A DNA stretch of 25,609 bases, taken from Aerosakkonema sp. BLCC-F183. GTDB taxonomy: Bacteria; Cyanobacteriota; Cyanobacteriia; Cyanobacteriales; Aerosakkonemataceae. Location: contig NZ_JBHFNU010000005.1 in NCBI RefSeq assembly GCF_041929145.1, positions 84,868-110,476 of the forward strand, written 5' to 3'. Shown here in pieces: positions 25,557 to 25,609 of the stretch; positions within the stretch are counted from its first letter, which is position 1; each line of letters starts with the position of its first letter. The notes beneath the pieces are model-generated. The model did no database searches. It had not been told where the DNA came from and was given only the letters and a program-made list of their open reading frames with translations. A program made the position numbers and the translations under genes.

Positions 25557-25609
<53 letters not shown>

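Overview
This is almost certainly cyanobacterial DNA, because the HIP1 octamer GCGATCGC recurs throughout the window. The first ~9 kb carries housekeeping and accessory genes. These are a convergent Dam-family adenine methyltransferase and small PD-(D/E)XK nuclease pair (probable R-M system), an AlkA-like HhH-GPD glycosylase, a secreted protein, a K/E/P-rich low-complexity protein, and a three-gene xanthine-dehydrogenase-family molybdoenzyme operon (2Fe-2S, FAD, Moco subunits). The main content is a ~15 kb island (about 9.45-24.2 kb) bracketed by two copies of a nested-palindrome MITE-like repeat. Inside it, on the minus strand, is a tightly coupled 10-gene type III-D-like CRISPR-Cas effector operon, transcribed from 20346 down to 10286. 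Its gene order is Cas10 with an intact GGDD motif and no N-terminal HD, a small Cas7, Cas5, Cas11, an embedded CARF/HEPN-like gene, three more Cas7 RAMPs (one with a Zn finger) and two unknown proteins. No cas1, cas2 or cas6 is visible anywhere in the window. Divergent from cas10 is an AT-rich leader-like stretch followed by two or three degenerate repeats with a CCCC-N4-GGGG hairpin core; these resemble cyanobacterial III-D repeats and look like a minimal or decayed array. Beyond that sits a WYL-domain wHTH protein translationally coupled to a small alarmone hydrolase-type HD protein (RelA/SpoT hydrolase fold). After it come two paralogous Csx3-like ring-nuclease-type domains, one free-standing and one fused to a P-loop NTPase. 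The pieces I consider most likely to be novel are the signalling and accessory layer (CARF-HEPN inside the effector operon, WYL+SAH pair, Csx3/Csx3-NTPase pair) and the MITE bracketing. All functional calls rest on motif-level reading of the supplied translations, not database searches. The ORF track uses alternative start codons (TTG at some listed first 'M' residues), so several starts were adjusted to ATG codons with ATGA/TGATG coupling.
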